DNA of 64,000 bases from an uncultured Chlamydiae bacterium (GTDB lineage Bacteria; Chlamydiota; Chlamydiia; Chlamydiales; JAJFMB01). Numbering within the stretch: position 1 is the first letter of the stretch; every line of letters starts with the position of its first letter. Made by a program: the position numbers and the translations under genes. Of this stretch, positions 1 through 9,923 are shown in pieces. Below the pieces are notes generated by a model. That model was given only the letters and a program-made list of their open reading frames with translations, ran no database searches and was not told the origin of the DNA. The DNA lies in NCBI GenBank assembly GCA_963696295.1, contig CAVOJR010000001.1:672001-736000 (forward strand), given 5' to 3'.

Positions 1-773
1 CCAAACACAATAAAGGCCAGCAAGACCGTAAAAAGAGGATCGCTCATTTCAAGGACTTGCACTTTGCTGGCTTCGGCAATATTCAGGGCTTTTGAAGTGA
101 AATAAAAACCCGCGATCGTCGGCAATATAGCCAGCGGAATCAGATAGATGAATCCCGTCCAGGGAAATTTCAGAGTAATATCGCAAAACGGCAAGGGGCA
201 AAGAAGAAACAGGCATCCAAATCCCATGAGCCACCACAAAAACCCAAAGCTCGTTTTCAGATTATACTTTCTAGCCATAACGAGAAATACCGAATACCCG
301 ATGCCTCCGATCAGCGCATAAATAATACCCTGCAGGTACTCCTTAGAGGGTAATTCCCCCGCGATCAGCAAGCCTCCGGAAGCGACGACTGTCATTCCCA
401 TCATTTTTTTAGCCGTAATTTTCTCTTTCAGCAAAAAATAGCTGAGAAAAATGGTCACAATACCCGAAGAATAAACCGTAAATGAGACGGTGGGAATCGG
501 AGCTATGCTGAAGGCTTTCGTTTCAAAGAAATAAAGCAGAAAAATGCCCCAAAAAGCCAGGAAAGCGAGCTTTAGTTTTTTATCCTTGAGGACTTTTACC
601 TGCTCCCTTAGATGAGGTTTTGACACGCAAAGCGCCGAGAGAATGATAAAGGCAAAGAGGCACTTAAAAAAGGCAATCTGATAAAAATCCAATTGCCTCA
701 GGCCCAACCGGCTGATAATCCCGATGCTGGAATTACACATCGCAGCCAAAAGAGCGTAGAAATAGCCTACCAT
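1..773 (-). CDS. EamA/DMT-family transporter (3' end runs off the left edge)
   Basis: Translated by hand from ATG at 773: MVGYFYALLAAMCNSSIGIISR...GYSVFLVMARKY...LAILPTIAGFYFTSKALNIAEASKVQVLEMSDPLFTVLLAFIVF. Hydrophobic, two-repeat EamA pattern. Absent from the ORF track because there is no stop in the window. Confidence 0.85.
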   Translation of the reverse strand, partial: MVGYFYALLAAMCNSSIGIISRLGLRQLDFYQIAFFKCLFAFIILSALCVSKPHLREQVKVLKDKKLKLAFLAFWGIFLLYFFETKAFSIAPIPTVSFTVYSSGIVTIFLSYFLLKEKITAKKMMGMTVVASGGLLIAGELPSKEYLQGIIYALIGGIGYSVFLVMARKYNLKTSFGFLWWLMGFGCLFLLCPLPFCDITLKFPWTGFIYLIPLAILPTIAGFYFTSKALNIAEASKVQVLEMSDPLFTVLLAFIVF

Positions 774-801
774 CTCTTGGCGCTTAGATGCCGCCGTTAG
801 T

Positions 802-1839
802 CTATTTAACAACAATGTTGCTGTATTCACTCTTCCTCAAATGTACGGATTTTCTCAAATCATCAAGTGTCAGCACCCTTTCCAGCCAACGGTCTTTGCC
901 GTCGTAATTGGCTTTAAAGGAGCCCCTGCCATGAGCCAGGCGATGGTTGTTAATCAAAATGATATGGCCTTGCTCCAGAACAACTCCGGTGTTCGCTTCT
1001 TCAATCACCTCGATAATATAATCAAAGGCTCTTTTCGCCTCAGGAGAAAGCCCCGACACATCCATAATTTCAGGATCTATCCTCAAGTAGGGAGATTCAT
1101 AGCGTCCGTAAAGAATGGAAATATATTTCGTCTGGTTATATTCGGAAAACGATTGATCCAGCTCATTTTCGATCTTGATTTGCGTGTAGGTCAATTGGGT
1201 ATGCGACTCATCCGGGACGATGGGAAATTGCTGTTTGAACAATTCCACCTTGTATTCATCGGGGATTAAAGACAAGTCCACCGGAAATACTTTCGTCGGC
1301 GTTTTACTGAAATTGCGCATGCACATCAGGGTGAAATAGTCTGCCTGGCATACGTGGAAGGGATCTTCGGTGTGGAAGCGCAATCCACCGATAGAGCCGA
1401 ACCCCTGCTGTTTCTCTTCAAAACCCGCTATCGGCAGCACGTCGCTGATGAGTGAGCCGTTTTGCTGCGTTTGCCACCCATAGGGCTGGCCGGCGCAAGA
1501 GGCGATCAAATAGTTGACAAACTGCAAAAGCCTGGTGTAGTCATTTTTGGGTTTGCACCAGTGTTCGGGAGTGGGTCCCAGCTTTTCATCATCGATTCCG
1601 ATCCCCTTGATCAGGAAGCAGTCATAGGGACGTATTTTGAAGGAAAATAGAAAGGAGCGAAGCGAAAAGGGAAGTCTTAGGGAATAGTTAAAGTAGTCGA
1701 GGTTGAAATCGGGATTGTTGACATTTCCATATTTATTAAAAGCCTCTTGAGAAACTTCGAATATTTTTCCGATCTCATCGTCGGACAGTTGGTATGTTTT
1801 GGACTCTAGATCTCTTTTTAACGATACAGCAGTGGCCAT
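802..1839 (-). CDS. Clavaminate-synthase-like (AsnO/VioC-type) 2-oxoglutarate/Fe(II) dioxygenase, TauD/TfdA superfamily
   Basis: FHTED (H-x-E) motif, distal NNHRLAHGRGSF and YDGKDRWLER; AGGAGG RBS upstream. Confidence 0.85.
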   Translation of the reverse strand: MATAVSLKRDLESKTYQLSDDEIGKIFEVSQEAFNKYGNVNNPDFNLDYFNYSLRLPFSLRSFLFSFKIRPYDCFLIKGIGIDDEKLGPTPEHWCKPKNDYTRLLQFVNYLIASCAGQPYGWQTQQNGSLISDVLPIAGFEEKQQGFGSIGGLRFHTEDPFHVCQADYFTLMCMRNFSKTPTKVFPVDLSLIPDEYKVELFKQQFPIVPDESHTQLTYTQIKIENELDQSFSEYNQTKYISILYGRYESPYLRIDPEIMDVSGLSPEAKRAFDYIIEVIEEANTGVVLEQGHIILINNHRLAHGRGSFKANYDGKDRWLERVLTLDDLRKSVHLRKSEYSNIVVK

Positions 1840-1943
1840 AAGCCCTCCTAAAGCCGTTTAAGGAAATAATTCGATTAAATTTAAAATTAAACGGGCATTA
1901 TTGTCAAACGAAAACGGCTTCAGGATAGGATGTCAGAGGATTA

Positions 1944-2492
1944 TCATTGAAAGTCTTTTGACAAATACTTGGACTCGATCCAGCAACAAGTCTTTTTCCC
2001 GTCCCTGTGAGTGAGTTCGACCTTTGCTTCATGCGGATAGTGTTCGCTGTTCATCTCCACAATTTTGCCCGTATTTTCCGTGTAGGCAGCGCCTACAAAA
2101 ACGATATCGCCCACTTTAAACCCTCTTTGGACAATCGTTTCAGCACCCTTGTACAGCACGCCATCATCGACGAGTTCTCGTTGCGAATAAGCCGCAGAGT
2201 AATCTCTGGCACTGAATACGGGAGATTCCGTATCTTTTGATAAAAATTCGGAATTAATCCAGCTTTTGGAAATCCTATCCTTATGAGTGAGCTCGATTTC
2301 TGCCTGATGGGGATAGAAGTCATTCAAAGTGACAATTTTGCCCATTCTTTCGCTGTAGTCGCCGCCCACGAAAACGATATCGCCCACTTTAAACCCTCTT
2401 TCAACAAGCGTCTCTGTTCCCCGATAAAGGACGCCGCCTGTAGCGGCAGTAATTGAGCAGTCGTGAATTTTAGTAATACTTTGAGCATTCAT
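1944..2492 (-). CDS. Hypothetical protein made of two tandem ~70-aa KOW/SH3-like repeats
   Basis: GVLY.G.ET.V.RGFKVGDIVFVG..Y.E..GKIV occurs twice; the DNA repeat acgatatcgcccactttaaaccctcttt is at 2101 and 2374. Confidence 0.65.
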   Translation of the reverse strand: MNAQSITKIHDCSITAATGGVLYRGTETLVERGFKVGDIVFVGGDYSERMGKIVTLNDFYPHQAEIELTHKDRISKSWINSEFLSKDTESPVFSARDYSAAYSQRELVDDGVLYKGAETIVQRGFKVGDIVFVGAAYTENTGKIVEMNSEHYPHEAKVELTHRDGKKTCCWIESKYLSKDFQ

Positions 2493-2633
2493 AATGATCT
2501 CCTATTTAGTTTGCGATTTTCGAAACAGGAAAAAAGATAGCAAAGTGGGATTACCTTTTCAAGGGGTCATTTTTTTCACCTTTACAGATTATAAACCCTG
2601 AGCGATAATCTTTGCTAAACTAAAGGAGAAATT

Positions 2634-2930
2634 ATGCAGATTCAACCTAATTATCAACTGGTATACCAAACTTTAAATTCTCTTGCAGCATCCACTCTGC
2701 CTAGAAAGAGCAAAGCGGAGGCTATCTGCCGTCTGGCCCAGACTATGGGAAATAATTCCACGGAAAAATTGCAGAAAATAATTGATGAACACACCATCTG
2801 CCGGACCTATGAAGACAAAAAAGTGCATCAATGGGCCATGCAATTTCTTAATGGCTTGCTGGCTATTCAATTAAAATTAGAGAGCAAGATAAACAACCGA
2901 TATTCAGCACTCAATGAGGTAGACTGCTAA
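2634..2930 (+). CDS. Hypothetical protein (98 aa)
   Basis: AAGGAG RBS; TTTACA-17-GATAAT promoter-like sequence at 2581-2609; stop codon lies inside the CIRCE element. Confidence 0.55.
   Translation: MQIQPNYQLVYQTLNSLAASTLPRKSKAEAICRLAQTMGNNSTEKLQKIIDEHTICRTYEDKKVHQWAMQFLNGLLAIQLKLESKINNRYSALNEVDC
2904..2930 (+). promoter_or_regulatory. CIRCE operator (HrcA binding site)
   Basis: TCAGCACTC-N9-GACTGCTAA versus consensus TTAGCACTC-N9-GAGTGCTAA, directly upstream of hrcA. Confidence 0.9.
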
Positions 2931-2935
2931 ATTTC

Positions 2936-2965
2936 TTGACCGATTGATGGGTTTTTTGCTATATT
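2936..2965 (+). promoter_or_regulatory. Sigma66/70-type promoter of hrcA-grpE-dnaK
   Basis: TTGACC-18 bp-TATATT with TG extended -10, adjacent to CIRCE. Confidence 0.7.
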
Positions 2966-2987
2966 ATTGGTAGACAAAGGAAAAAAT

Positions 2988-4148
2988 ATGCAAAAAAACC
3001 CAACTGCAGAGGGAAAGAGGGGAGGCAAACAGGCCCGCGAACATAGCGTCCTGATCGGCCTGATCGAATACTATATCGAGACGGGCAAACCGGTGGGTTC
3101 CAACACTTTAAAAGAGTGCGGCTTTGAGGACTTAAGCTCCGCTACCATCCGCAATTACTTCGCCAATCTCGAAAAAAAGGGGCTTCTAACCCAAGCCCAC
3201 TCCTCGGGCGGCCGGATTCCCACAGACAGAGCTTTCCGCCTTTATGGCCATGAAATTTTAGAAACTGACACCTTTTTGCCGGAAATCGGAGAAGCGGAAG
3301 AATCGCGCGAAATTGCGGCCTTTCTGCAGGAATCGGCCGAAAAATTGTGCCATCTCACCGGCTACCCCGTCTTTCTCTCCGCCCCCAGATTCGACCACGA
3401 CTTTGTCGCCGATGTGAAACTGGTGCCGATCAATATTAACCGCTGCTTATGCGTCCTCATCACCGATTTTGGGGTCATCAAAACCGAAATCATCCATCTG
3501 GACCAAAAGCTGACTACCTTTTTCACAAAAAAAATGGAAGGGTATTTTCACTTCCGGCTGACCGGACATGACAAGCCGGAAAACCTGACGACTGAAGAGG
3601 AGCAAACCGGACAGCGCCTGTATAATGAGGTCATGGTGCGCTATATCGTGGGTTACTCCAATTTTATCGATGAGGAGCTCTACCGCACCGGTTTTTCCAA
3701 GCTGCTGAACTATCCCGAATACCATGATACGACTCTATTGGCAAGCTCCCTCGCTCTCTTCGAAAACAGCCATGCCTTACGCCTGATGATCAGGGAGACC
3801 ATGAAAAAGAATACTTTAAACTTCTGGATCTCAGACGACCTCAACAGATTTACCTCGGAAACCCCCGATTGCACCATTATTGCCTTGCCCTACGCGATCA
3901 ATCATCAGCCGGCCGGAGCCATCGGCATCATGGGACCGACTCGCCTGCCTTACAAAAAAGTCTTTTCCCTGGTGAAGGCCATGGCAGGGCATATCAGCCA
4001 AACATTAACCAAAAGCGTGTACAAATTCAAAATAACCTTCCGTCAACCTCACGAGGGAACCCTCTATCTGCAGCAGGAAGAGCGAAAAATGCTCGGCCAA
4101 TCCCGTATGACGTTGCTGGAAGACAAAAGGAGGAAAAATAATGACTGA
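2988..4148 (+). CDS. hrcA: Heat-inducible transcription repressor HrcA
   Basis: YIETGKPVGS, LSSATIRNYFANLE, HSSGGRIPTD, GIMGPTR motifs; CIRCE upstream and grpE/dnaK downstream. Confidence 0.97.
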   Translation: MQKNPTAEGKRGGKQAREHSVLIGLIEYYIETGKPVGSNTLKECGFEDLSSATIRNYFANLEKKGLLTQAHSSGGRIPTDRAFRLYGHEILETDTFLPEIGEAEESREIAAFLQESAEKLCHLTGYPVFLSAPRFDHDFVADVKLVPININRCLCVLITDFGVIKTEIIHLDQKLTTFFTKKMEGYFHFRLTGHDKPENLTTEEEQTGQRLYNEVMVRYIVGYSNFIDEELYRTGFSKLLNYPEYHDTTLLASSLALFENSHALRLMIRETMKKNTLNFWISDDLNRFTSETPDCTIIALPYAINHQPAGAIGIMGPTRLPYKKVFSLVKAMAGHISQTLTKSVYKFKITFRQPHEGTLYLQQEERKMLGQSRMTLLEDKRRKNND

Positions 4149-4695
4149 AGAGGGTCAAGAAGAGAACGAGATCGAAGCTGCCCCGACCATGAGCGTCGGC
4201 GAAATCGAGCTGGAAAACTTAAGACGCGAATCGCAAGACTATAAAGACAAGTATTTGCGCACTTTGGCAGAATCGGAAAACTTACGGAAGCGCCTGCAAA
4301 AAGAGCGGCAGGAACTGATCCAATACGCCATTCAAAATATTGTCGTAGACATTTTGAATCCTTTGGATCACATGGAAAAGGCATTATCCTTTTCCGAAAG
4401 CATGCCCCCTGAAGTGAAAAACTGGGTGCAAGGCTTTCAGATGATTCTGACGCAATTTAAAGACGCGTTAAACAATCACGGAATCCGGGCATACGATTCC
4501 AAGGGGCACCATTTTGACCCCCATTATCATGAAGCCATTGAAATGATCGTCACTGAGGAATACCCGCCGGGTACCATCATTGAAGAGAACGTCAAAGGTT
4601 ATAAACTCGGCGATAAACCCATTCGTCCGGCCCGGGTTAAAGTGGCGAAAGCCCCTAATAAAGAAGAAATACAAGTTAATAATGAAAAGGAGTGA
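4141..4695 (+). CDS. grpE: Nucleotide exchange factor GrpE
   Basis: [40 protein letters not shown]. Confidence 0.97.
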   Translation: MTEEGQEENEIEAAPTMSVGEIELENLRRESQDYKDKYLRTLAESENLRKRLQKERQELIQYAIQNIVVDILNPLDHMEKALSFSESMPPEVKNWVQGFQMILTQFKDALNNHGIRAYDSKGHHFDPHYHEAIEMIVTEEYPPGTIIEENVKGYKLGDKPIRPARVKVAKAPNKEEIQVNNEKE

Positions 4696-4699
4696 TGTT

Positions 4700-6641
4700 A
4701 TGGAGAAAAAAAGTAAAAAAATCATCGGCATTGACCTCGGAACGACAAACTCCTGCGTTGCGGTGATGGAAGGCGGTTCGCCTAAAGTCATCGCATCGCA
4801 GAAGGGTCGCGCACAACCCCTTCTGTCGTCGCTTTCAAAGGCAATGAGCGGCTCGTCGGCATCCCCGCCAAACGGCAAGCGGTCACCAATCCGGACAAAC
4901 ACCATCTCTATCTTCCAAGCGCTTCATCGGCCGCAAGTACTCGGAAGTCGCAGTCTGAAATCAAAACGGTCCCCTATAAGGTGACCAAAAACAGCAACGG
5001 CGATGCCGTCTTTGAAGTCAAGGCAAAATCGTATACACCCGAAGAGATCGCCGCGCAAATCCTGATCAAAATGAAAGAGACGGCCGAAGCCTATCTCGGA
5101 GAAAAAGTCACCGAAGCGGTCATCACCGTTCCCGCTTACTTCAACGACTCGCAAAGGCAGTCGACAAAAGATGCCGGAAGAATTGCCGGTCTCGATGTCA
5201 AACGGATCATCCCCGAACCCACCGCGGCAGCCCTGGCCTACGGCCTGGATAAACAGCAAACCGACAAGAAAATCGCCGTTTTCGACTTCGGCGGCGGTAC
5301 ATTCGATATCTCCATCCTCGAAATCGGCGACGGCGTCTTCGAAGTGCTCTCGACAAACGGCGACACCCACCTTGGCGGCGACGACTTCGACAACGCGATC
5401 CTGAAATGGATGCTCGACGACATTCAAAAAAGAGCAACGGCATCGATCTGAGTCAAAGATAAAATGGCTCTGCAGCGTCTGCGCGATGCGGCCGAAAAAG
5501 CCAAAATCGAGCTTTCCGGCACCCATTCGACCGAGATCAACCAGCCGTTCATCACGATGGATGCCTCAGGCCCAAAACACTTGGCGCTGACACTGACCCG
5601 TGCCAAACTGGAGAGCCTGACGCACGATCTGATCGAGAGAACGCAGGAGCCTTGCCTAAAAGCCTTGAAAGATGCCGGCCTCAGCAAGAGACGACATCGG
5701 CGAAGTGATCCTCGTCGGCGGTATGACCCGTATGCCTGCCGTCCAGGAGATGGTAAAAGAGATCTTCGGCAAAGAGAGCCGCATAAAGGGGTCAACCCCG
5801 ATGAAGTCGTCGCCGTCGGCGCTGCTATTCAAGGGCGGAGTTCTCAGCGGAACCGTCAAAGACGTGCTTCTCCTCGACGTCATCCCGTTAACCTTGGGTA
5901 TCGAGACCATGGGCGGCGTGATGACTCCGCTCGTCGAGCGCAACACGACGATCCCGACCCAGAAGAAGCAAGTCTTCTCTACTGCTGCCGACAACCAGCC
6001 TGCCGTGACCATCCGCGTCCTCCAAGGGGAGCGCAAAATGGCCAATGACAACAAAGAGATCGGCCGTTTCGACCTGGCAGACATCCCTCCGTCTCCGCGC
6101 GGCATGCCGCAGATCGAAGTAGCCTTCGACATCGATGCCGACGGGATCCTGCACGTCTCCGCCAAAGACATGCTCAACCGGAAAAGAGCAGAAAATCCGC
6201 ATCGAAGCCCAATCCGGCTTAAACGAAGAGGAGATCAAACGGATGGTGCAGGATGCTGAATTGCACGCCGAAGAGGACAAAAGCGCAAAGAAGAGGAAGT
6301 CGAAGTGCGCAACGAAGCCGACTCTCTGCCTTCCGCGCTGAGAAGTCCTTGAACGAGTATAAGGACAAACTGCCAAAAGAGGTCGTACGAAGACGTTTTG
6401 GGCAAAGTCGAGAATGTCAAAAAGGCTCTTCAGCAGCAATGATCTGGCCCGCATCCGCCAGGCCAAGAAAGAGCTTGAGGAGCATATGCAGCATATCGGC
6501 GAGGCAATGGCCAAAGGCGCTCAAGCCAGCGCCAAGCCAAGTCCGGAAGCCGCTCCGCACGGCCATCATGAGAAGGCCTCTGCAGGCGAGAACAACAACA
6601 TTGAAGAAGCCGAAGTCGAAATCATCGACGACGACAAATAG
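4700..6641 (+). CDS. dnaK: Chaperone DnaK (Hsp70); reading frame broken by many small indels, probably sequence errors
   Basis: [50 protein letters not shown] and C-terminal [12 protein letters not shown] are spread over at least 7 ORF fragments in different frames. Confidence 0.93.
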
Positions 6642-6650
6642 ACAAATCCG

Positions 6651-6674
6651 GGCGAGGAGAGCTCTCTCCTCGCC
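6651..6674 (+). terminator. Hairpin terminator after dnaK
   Basis: GGCGAGGAGA-GCTC-TCTCCTCGCC perfect 10-bp stem just after the stop codon; weak U-tract. Confidence 0.6.
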
Positions 6675-6875
6675 TCATCTAATTAAAAGCCTTTTTGCGA
6701 CTGGATCGATGGCGCGTCTTTTACGTATTGTGCAAGAGTTGTACTGCGGAGCGCAAAAACTAAGTTCCAGACAATAGCTATTTTTACCTGAAACACGATT
6801 TGCTGGATTTTGCTGAGGGCCGACAGGTCATTGACGATTGAACCAAATTCCGTCTCGGCGAGCAATCATCATGAT

Positions 6876-7232
6876 TTAGCAGCAGCGCTTACCTTTGTTT
6901 ACCCGGTAACAGGCAAACTTGCCGGTCCCATCGCTTTCACACATAAATCCGCACGCCTCAAAAAAAGGAACGCATGAGCTCGTTACGTAAGCTTTGAGCA
7001 TCGGCGAAAGCACACAGCCGGTGATATGCTCGATTAAATGGCGGGCAATATGCCGGCCGCGATAGGCGGGATCTACGGTGACATGAAAAATCTCACCCGT
7101 AGTCGCATCGAAATTGATACAACCCACAACCCGGTCATCGCGAAGAGCCACACAGAGGGAACGGGCTTTATCAAAGCTACCTTTTATCTGGCTTAAGTCA
7201 TGCCGTTCAGGGGAATAGGACTCAATTTTCAT
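6876..7232 (-). CDS. GNAT-family N-acetyltransferase
   Basis: VTVDPAYRGRHIARHL acetyl-CoA motif A; FFEACGF motif B. Confidence 0.8.
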   Translation of the reverse strand: MKIESYSPERHDLSQIKGSFDKARSLCVALRDDRVVGCINFDATTGEIFHVTVDPAYRGRHIARHLIEHITGCVLSPMLKAYVTSSCVPFFEACGFMCESDGTGKFACYRVNKGKRCC

Positions 7233-9190
7233 CTGAGATAACGGCTTAAAATTCGCGTTATGTCATTATAAGTGATAAAGAGGAAAAAGATAATCAAAAG
7301 GATGGCAAAAGGATAAACCAGCTTTTCCATCGTTTTGGGCTTCAAACGGCGTCCGCTGATCAATTCTGTACAAGCGAGCAGGATGCCGCCGCCATCAAAG
7401 GGGGGCATAGGGATCAAATTGATCACGCCCAAATTCAAACTGATGGCGCCCAGCCAAAAAAGCATCTCTTTCAAGCTTGTTCTGGATTGTTCCTGCACAG
7501 CCTGAACAATACCGACCGGCCCGCTCATCCACTTAGGGCTGAGATTTCCGGTAACGAGGGCGGTCAACATACGCCAAATCTGCTGAAACACATCATTAAA
7601 TTGGGCAAATGGATTTGGGTTATAGGTAATCTGCCTGTCTTGAATACCCGGCAAACCAATCAAAAGCTGCTTCTCCTGATTTTCCAGCAACTGCATCGCT
7701 TTAGAACGCCGTTCGGGATCTTCAATAGCTTCGATCTGCTTTTTTTGCTCGAGATAATCTGCGGTCATTTGCGCTTCAGCCTCCGGGGATACGGCAAAAG
7801 AACTACGCTTCTTCGGCATAACCGGCTTCAGCAAATAATAATTGCCGACATTTTTAATGATGTGATCAGTACCGATGGTCGCGGCTATCGCCTGAATATC
7901 CCGCCCATTGAGGTTTTGATCAAAACTTTGATCGCTAGTTTCCCAGGAAACTTTCTTGATCGCATCGGGATTCCGCTCGACGATGATGTTCAAATGCTTC
8001 TCTTGCAGCAAGCCGAGCAGCTGATAGGGGTGTTTCACCTCGGTCCCGTCTACCGCTATAATACGGTCGCCCGGCTCCAAAGGCTGATCCAAATCGCTAA
8101 ATGAAGTTTTTGGAAAAAATTTGAGATCCATTTCAGGATCGATGAATTTAACTTTGCCTTCCACCACGTTGAAATCGTTAAGCACGTAGGGTAAAGTGTT
8201 CAGCGAAGGAAAGCGGATCGCGTTCAAATGAGCTTCAAACTGCCAGTCAACGATCTCTTCTTTATAACCTGAAGAGAGTTTTAACTCCTGAAGCTTTATG
8301 CGGGGCGCCCGGCGCAAGAATGTTTCATTCCCTCTTTTTATTGTCAATAAGGCCTTGTCGCTATTTATGACCTGATTCAGCTGCTGGTTGGAAAATATCA
8401 TCTCTCCATCAATCCAGACTAATTGGTCCCCATACTCGATTCCACTCCCTTTGAGAGGGGAGCCTTCCATGATCGGATTCTCTTTGCCGCTTGGCAGCCG
8501 GTTATAAATTATATAGTTCGCAGGATACAATATGCCGCTTGTCAAAATTCCTTTATCCTGAACGGCAGGATGGCTATAAGGCTTCACTATAAAGGAAAAA
8601 GGGGTTCTTTGTTTGTTAAAGTAATTTTCCTTAAAGCCATTAACCACAAGATGATCGCCGGATGTCATGGGAGAATAAAGGAGATCCCCTGTCGTTTGAT
8701 AAGGGTGATTTCCAAAGGAAGCGATTTCGTCGCCGGGTCTGACTCCGTCCTGGTAAAGTTCCGATTGAGGATCCACCCAGCCGATCTTATGGGTATATTC
8801 CGCAAAGTTTTTTGTCCGGCCGCCAATTCCCCAGAGAAGGGAAAACGCGATCAGAGCAAAGGCGATATTGACAAGCGGGCCCATAAATAAAACTTTAATC
8901 CGATCGATGGCGCTCTTGCCGAAAAAGCCGTCCTTCATGGCATAAGGGTCGGAATGTTCGGAGGTTTCCATGCCGGCGATCCTGACAAAACCGCCGCAAA
9001 GCAGCCAGCCGATCTGCCATTTTACGCCATCCCACTCCCATTGATATATGGGACGGCCAAAGCCGATGGAAAATGTTTCCACGCGCATGCCGACTCTTCT
9101 TGCCATCCAATAGTGGCCGAGCTCATGTATGAAAATCAAAAAAGTCAAAGAAAGAATAGCTAGAATGAGGTACAGGAGGCTAATGATCAT
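7229..9190 (-). CDS. rseP: Site-2 intramembrane metalloprotease RseP (M50B) with PDZ domains
   Basis: HELGH, FSIGFG, GP.VN, NLIPMPPFDGG motifs; long chlamydial-type form. Confidence 0.93.
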   Translation of the reverse strand: MIISLLYLILAILSLTFLIFIHELGHYWMARRVGMRVETFSIGFGRPIYQWEWDGVKWQIGWLLCGGFVRIAGMETSEHSDPYAMKDGFFGKSAIDRIKVLFMGPLVNIAFALIAFSLLWGIGGRTKNFAEYTHKIGWVDPQSELYQDGVRPGDEIASFGNHPYQTTGDLLYSPMTSGDHLVVNGFKENYFNKQRTPFSFIVKPYSHPAVQDKGILTSGILYPANYIIYNRLPSGKENPIMEGSPLKGSGIEYGDQLVWIDGEMIFSNQQLNQVINSDKALLTIKRGNETFLRRAPRIKLQELKLSSGYKEEIVDWQFEAHLNAIRFPSLNTLPYVLNDFNVVEGKVKFIDPEMDLKFFPKTSFSDLDQPLEPGDRIIAVDGTEVKHPYQLLGLLQEKHLNIIVERNPDAIKKVSWETSDQSFDQNLNGRDIQAIAATIGTDHIIKNVGNYYLLKPVMPKKRSSFAVSPEAEAQMTADYLEQKKQIEAIEDPERRSKAMQLLENQEKQLLIGLPGIQDRQITYNPNPFAQFNDVFQQIWRMLTALVTGNLSPKWMSGPVGIVQAVQEQSRTSLKEMLFWLGAISLNLGVINLIPMPPFDGGGILLACTELISGRRLKPKTMEKLVYPFAILLIIFFLFITYNDITRILSRYLR

Positions 9191-9277
9191 TGTTGAAAAC
9201 CCAAATAAAAGTTTGAGACTAAGTATAACAGATAAAGCAGAATCCTGCCACGATAAATTTTTCCGTAAATTGCGCCC

Positions 9278-9306
9278 TTGTGCAAAATCCTCGATTTACT
9301 TATACT
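9278..9306 (+). promoter_or_regulatory. Sigma66/70-type promoter of the rpsL operon
   Basis: TTGTGC-17 bp-TATACT about 80 nt upstream of rpsL. Confidence 0.6.
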
Positions 9307-9385
9307 TCTACCAAAGTTCTCGGAAAGGAAAATCCTTTCTCGGGAATGCTTCATTTCAAATTTTTATTTAGGAGTTAGGCAAAAG

Positions 9386-9757
9386 ATGCCGACGATTAAC
9401 CAGCTTGTGCGAACACCGCGAGAAGCAAAGAAAAAACGCAGCAAATCCCCTGCTCTGAAGGCATGTCCTCAGCGCCGTGGAGTTTGCGTCCAAGTTAAAA
9501 CAAAAACACCTAAAAAACCAAACTCTGCATTGCGTAAAGTGGCTTGGGTGAGACTGTCGACTGGACAAGAAGTCATTGCCTATATCGGCGGTGAAGGACA
9601 TAACCTCCAGGAACACAGCATTGTGCTCGTCCGCGGCGGTCGTGTAAAAGACCTACCCGGCGTACGTTACCACGTTGTGCGCGGAGCGTTAGACTGTGCG
9701 GCAGTAAAAGACCGCAAACAAGGAAGATCGAAGTACGGGGCGAAACGTCCTAAGTAA
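9386..9757 (+). CDS. rpsL: 30S ribosomal protein S12
   Basis: MPTINQLVR...[11 protein letters not shown]...[18 protein letters not shown]. Confidence 0.99.
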   Translation: MPTINQLVRTPREAKKKRSKSPALKACPQRRGVCVQVKTKTPKKPNSALRKVAWVRLSTGQEVIAYIGGEGHNLQEHSIVLVRGGRVKDLPGVRYHVVRGALDCAAVKDRKQGRSKYGAKRPK

Positions 9758-9777
9758 CACTAGAATACACGTAAAAT

Positions 9778-9888
9778 GTGCCTTCTGGTTCGTGATTTGT
9801 TTATTCTCTTTCAGAATGAAAAATCACGCACAGGTGTTTAATACCACCAGGTGAAGCACGCCGATCTATCCTGCGGGCCATTAGCCCG
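9778..9888 (+). promoter_or_regulatory. Structured rpsL-rpsG intercistronic RNA (candidate S7 autoregulatory element)
   Basis: Outer stem GTGC/TTC/CTGGT pairs with ACCAG/GAA/GCAC and encloses two hairpins, CGTGATTT..AAATCACG and GGTGT..ATACC; a further hairpin CGGGC..GCCCG follows. Confidence 0.5.
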
Positions 9889-9923
9889 AATTATAAACAG
9901 ATTTATTTATAAGGAAGACAAAC

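Noticed and set aside
49..237. 62-aa ORF in the ORF track
   Set aside because: Off-frame within the EamA gene.
802..1839. 2OG dioxygenase as the prolyl/lysyl hydroxylase for the collagen locus
   Set aside because: It is the clavaminate-synthase type (free amino-acid substrates), has no signal peptide and lies about 45 kb away.
4468..6514. Long minus-strand ORFs opposite dnaK, and programmed frameshifting in dnaK
   Set aside because: The antisense ORFs are the usual shadow of biased codon use. The indels are too many and lack slippery-site structure.
6683..6865. 60-aa ORF between dnaK and the GNAT gene
   Set aside because: Weak start, no RBS or motif; cannot be supported.
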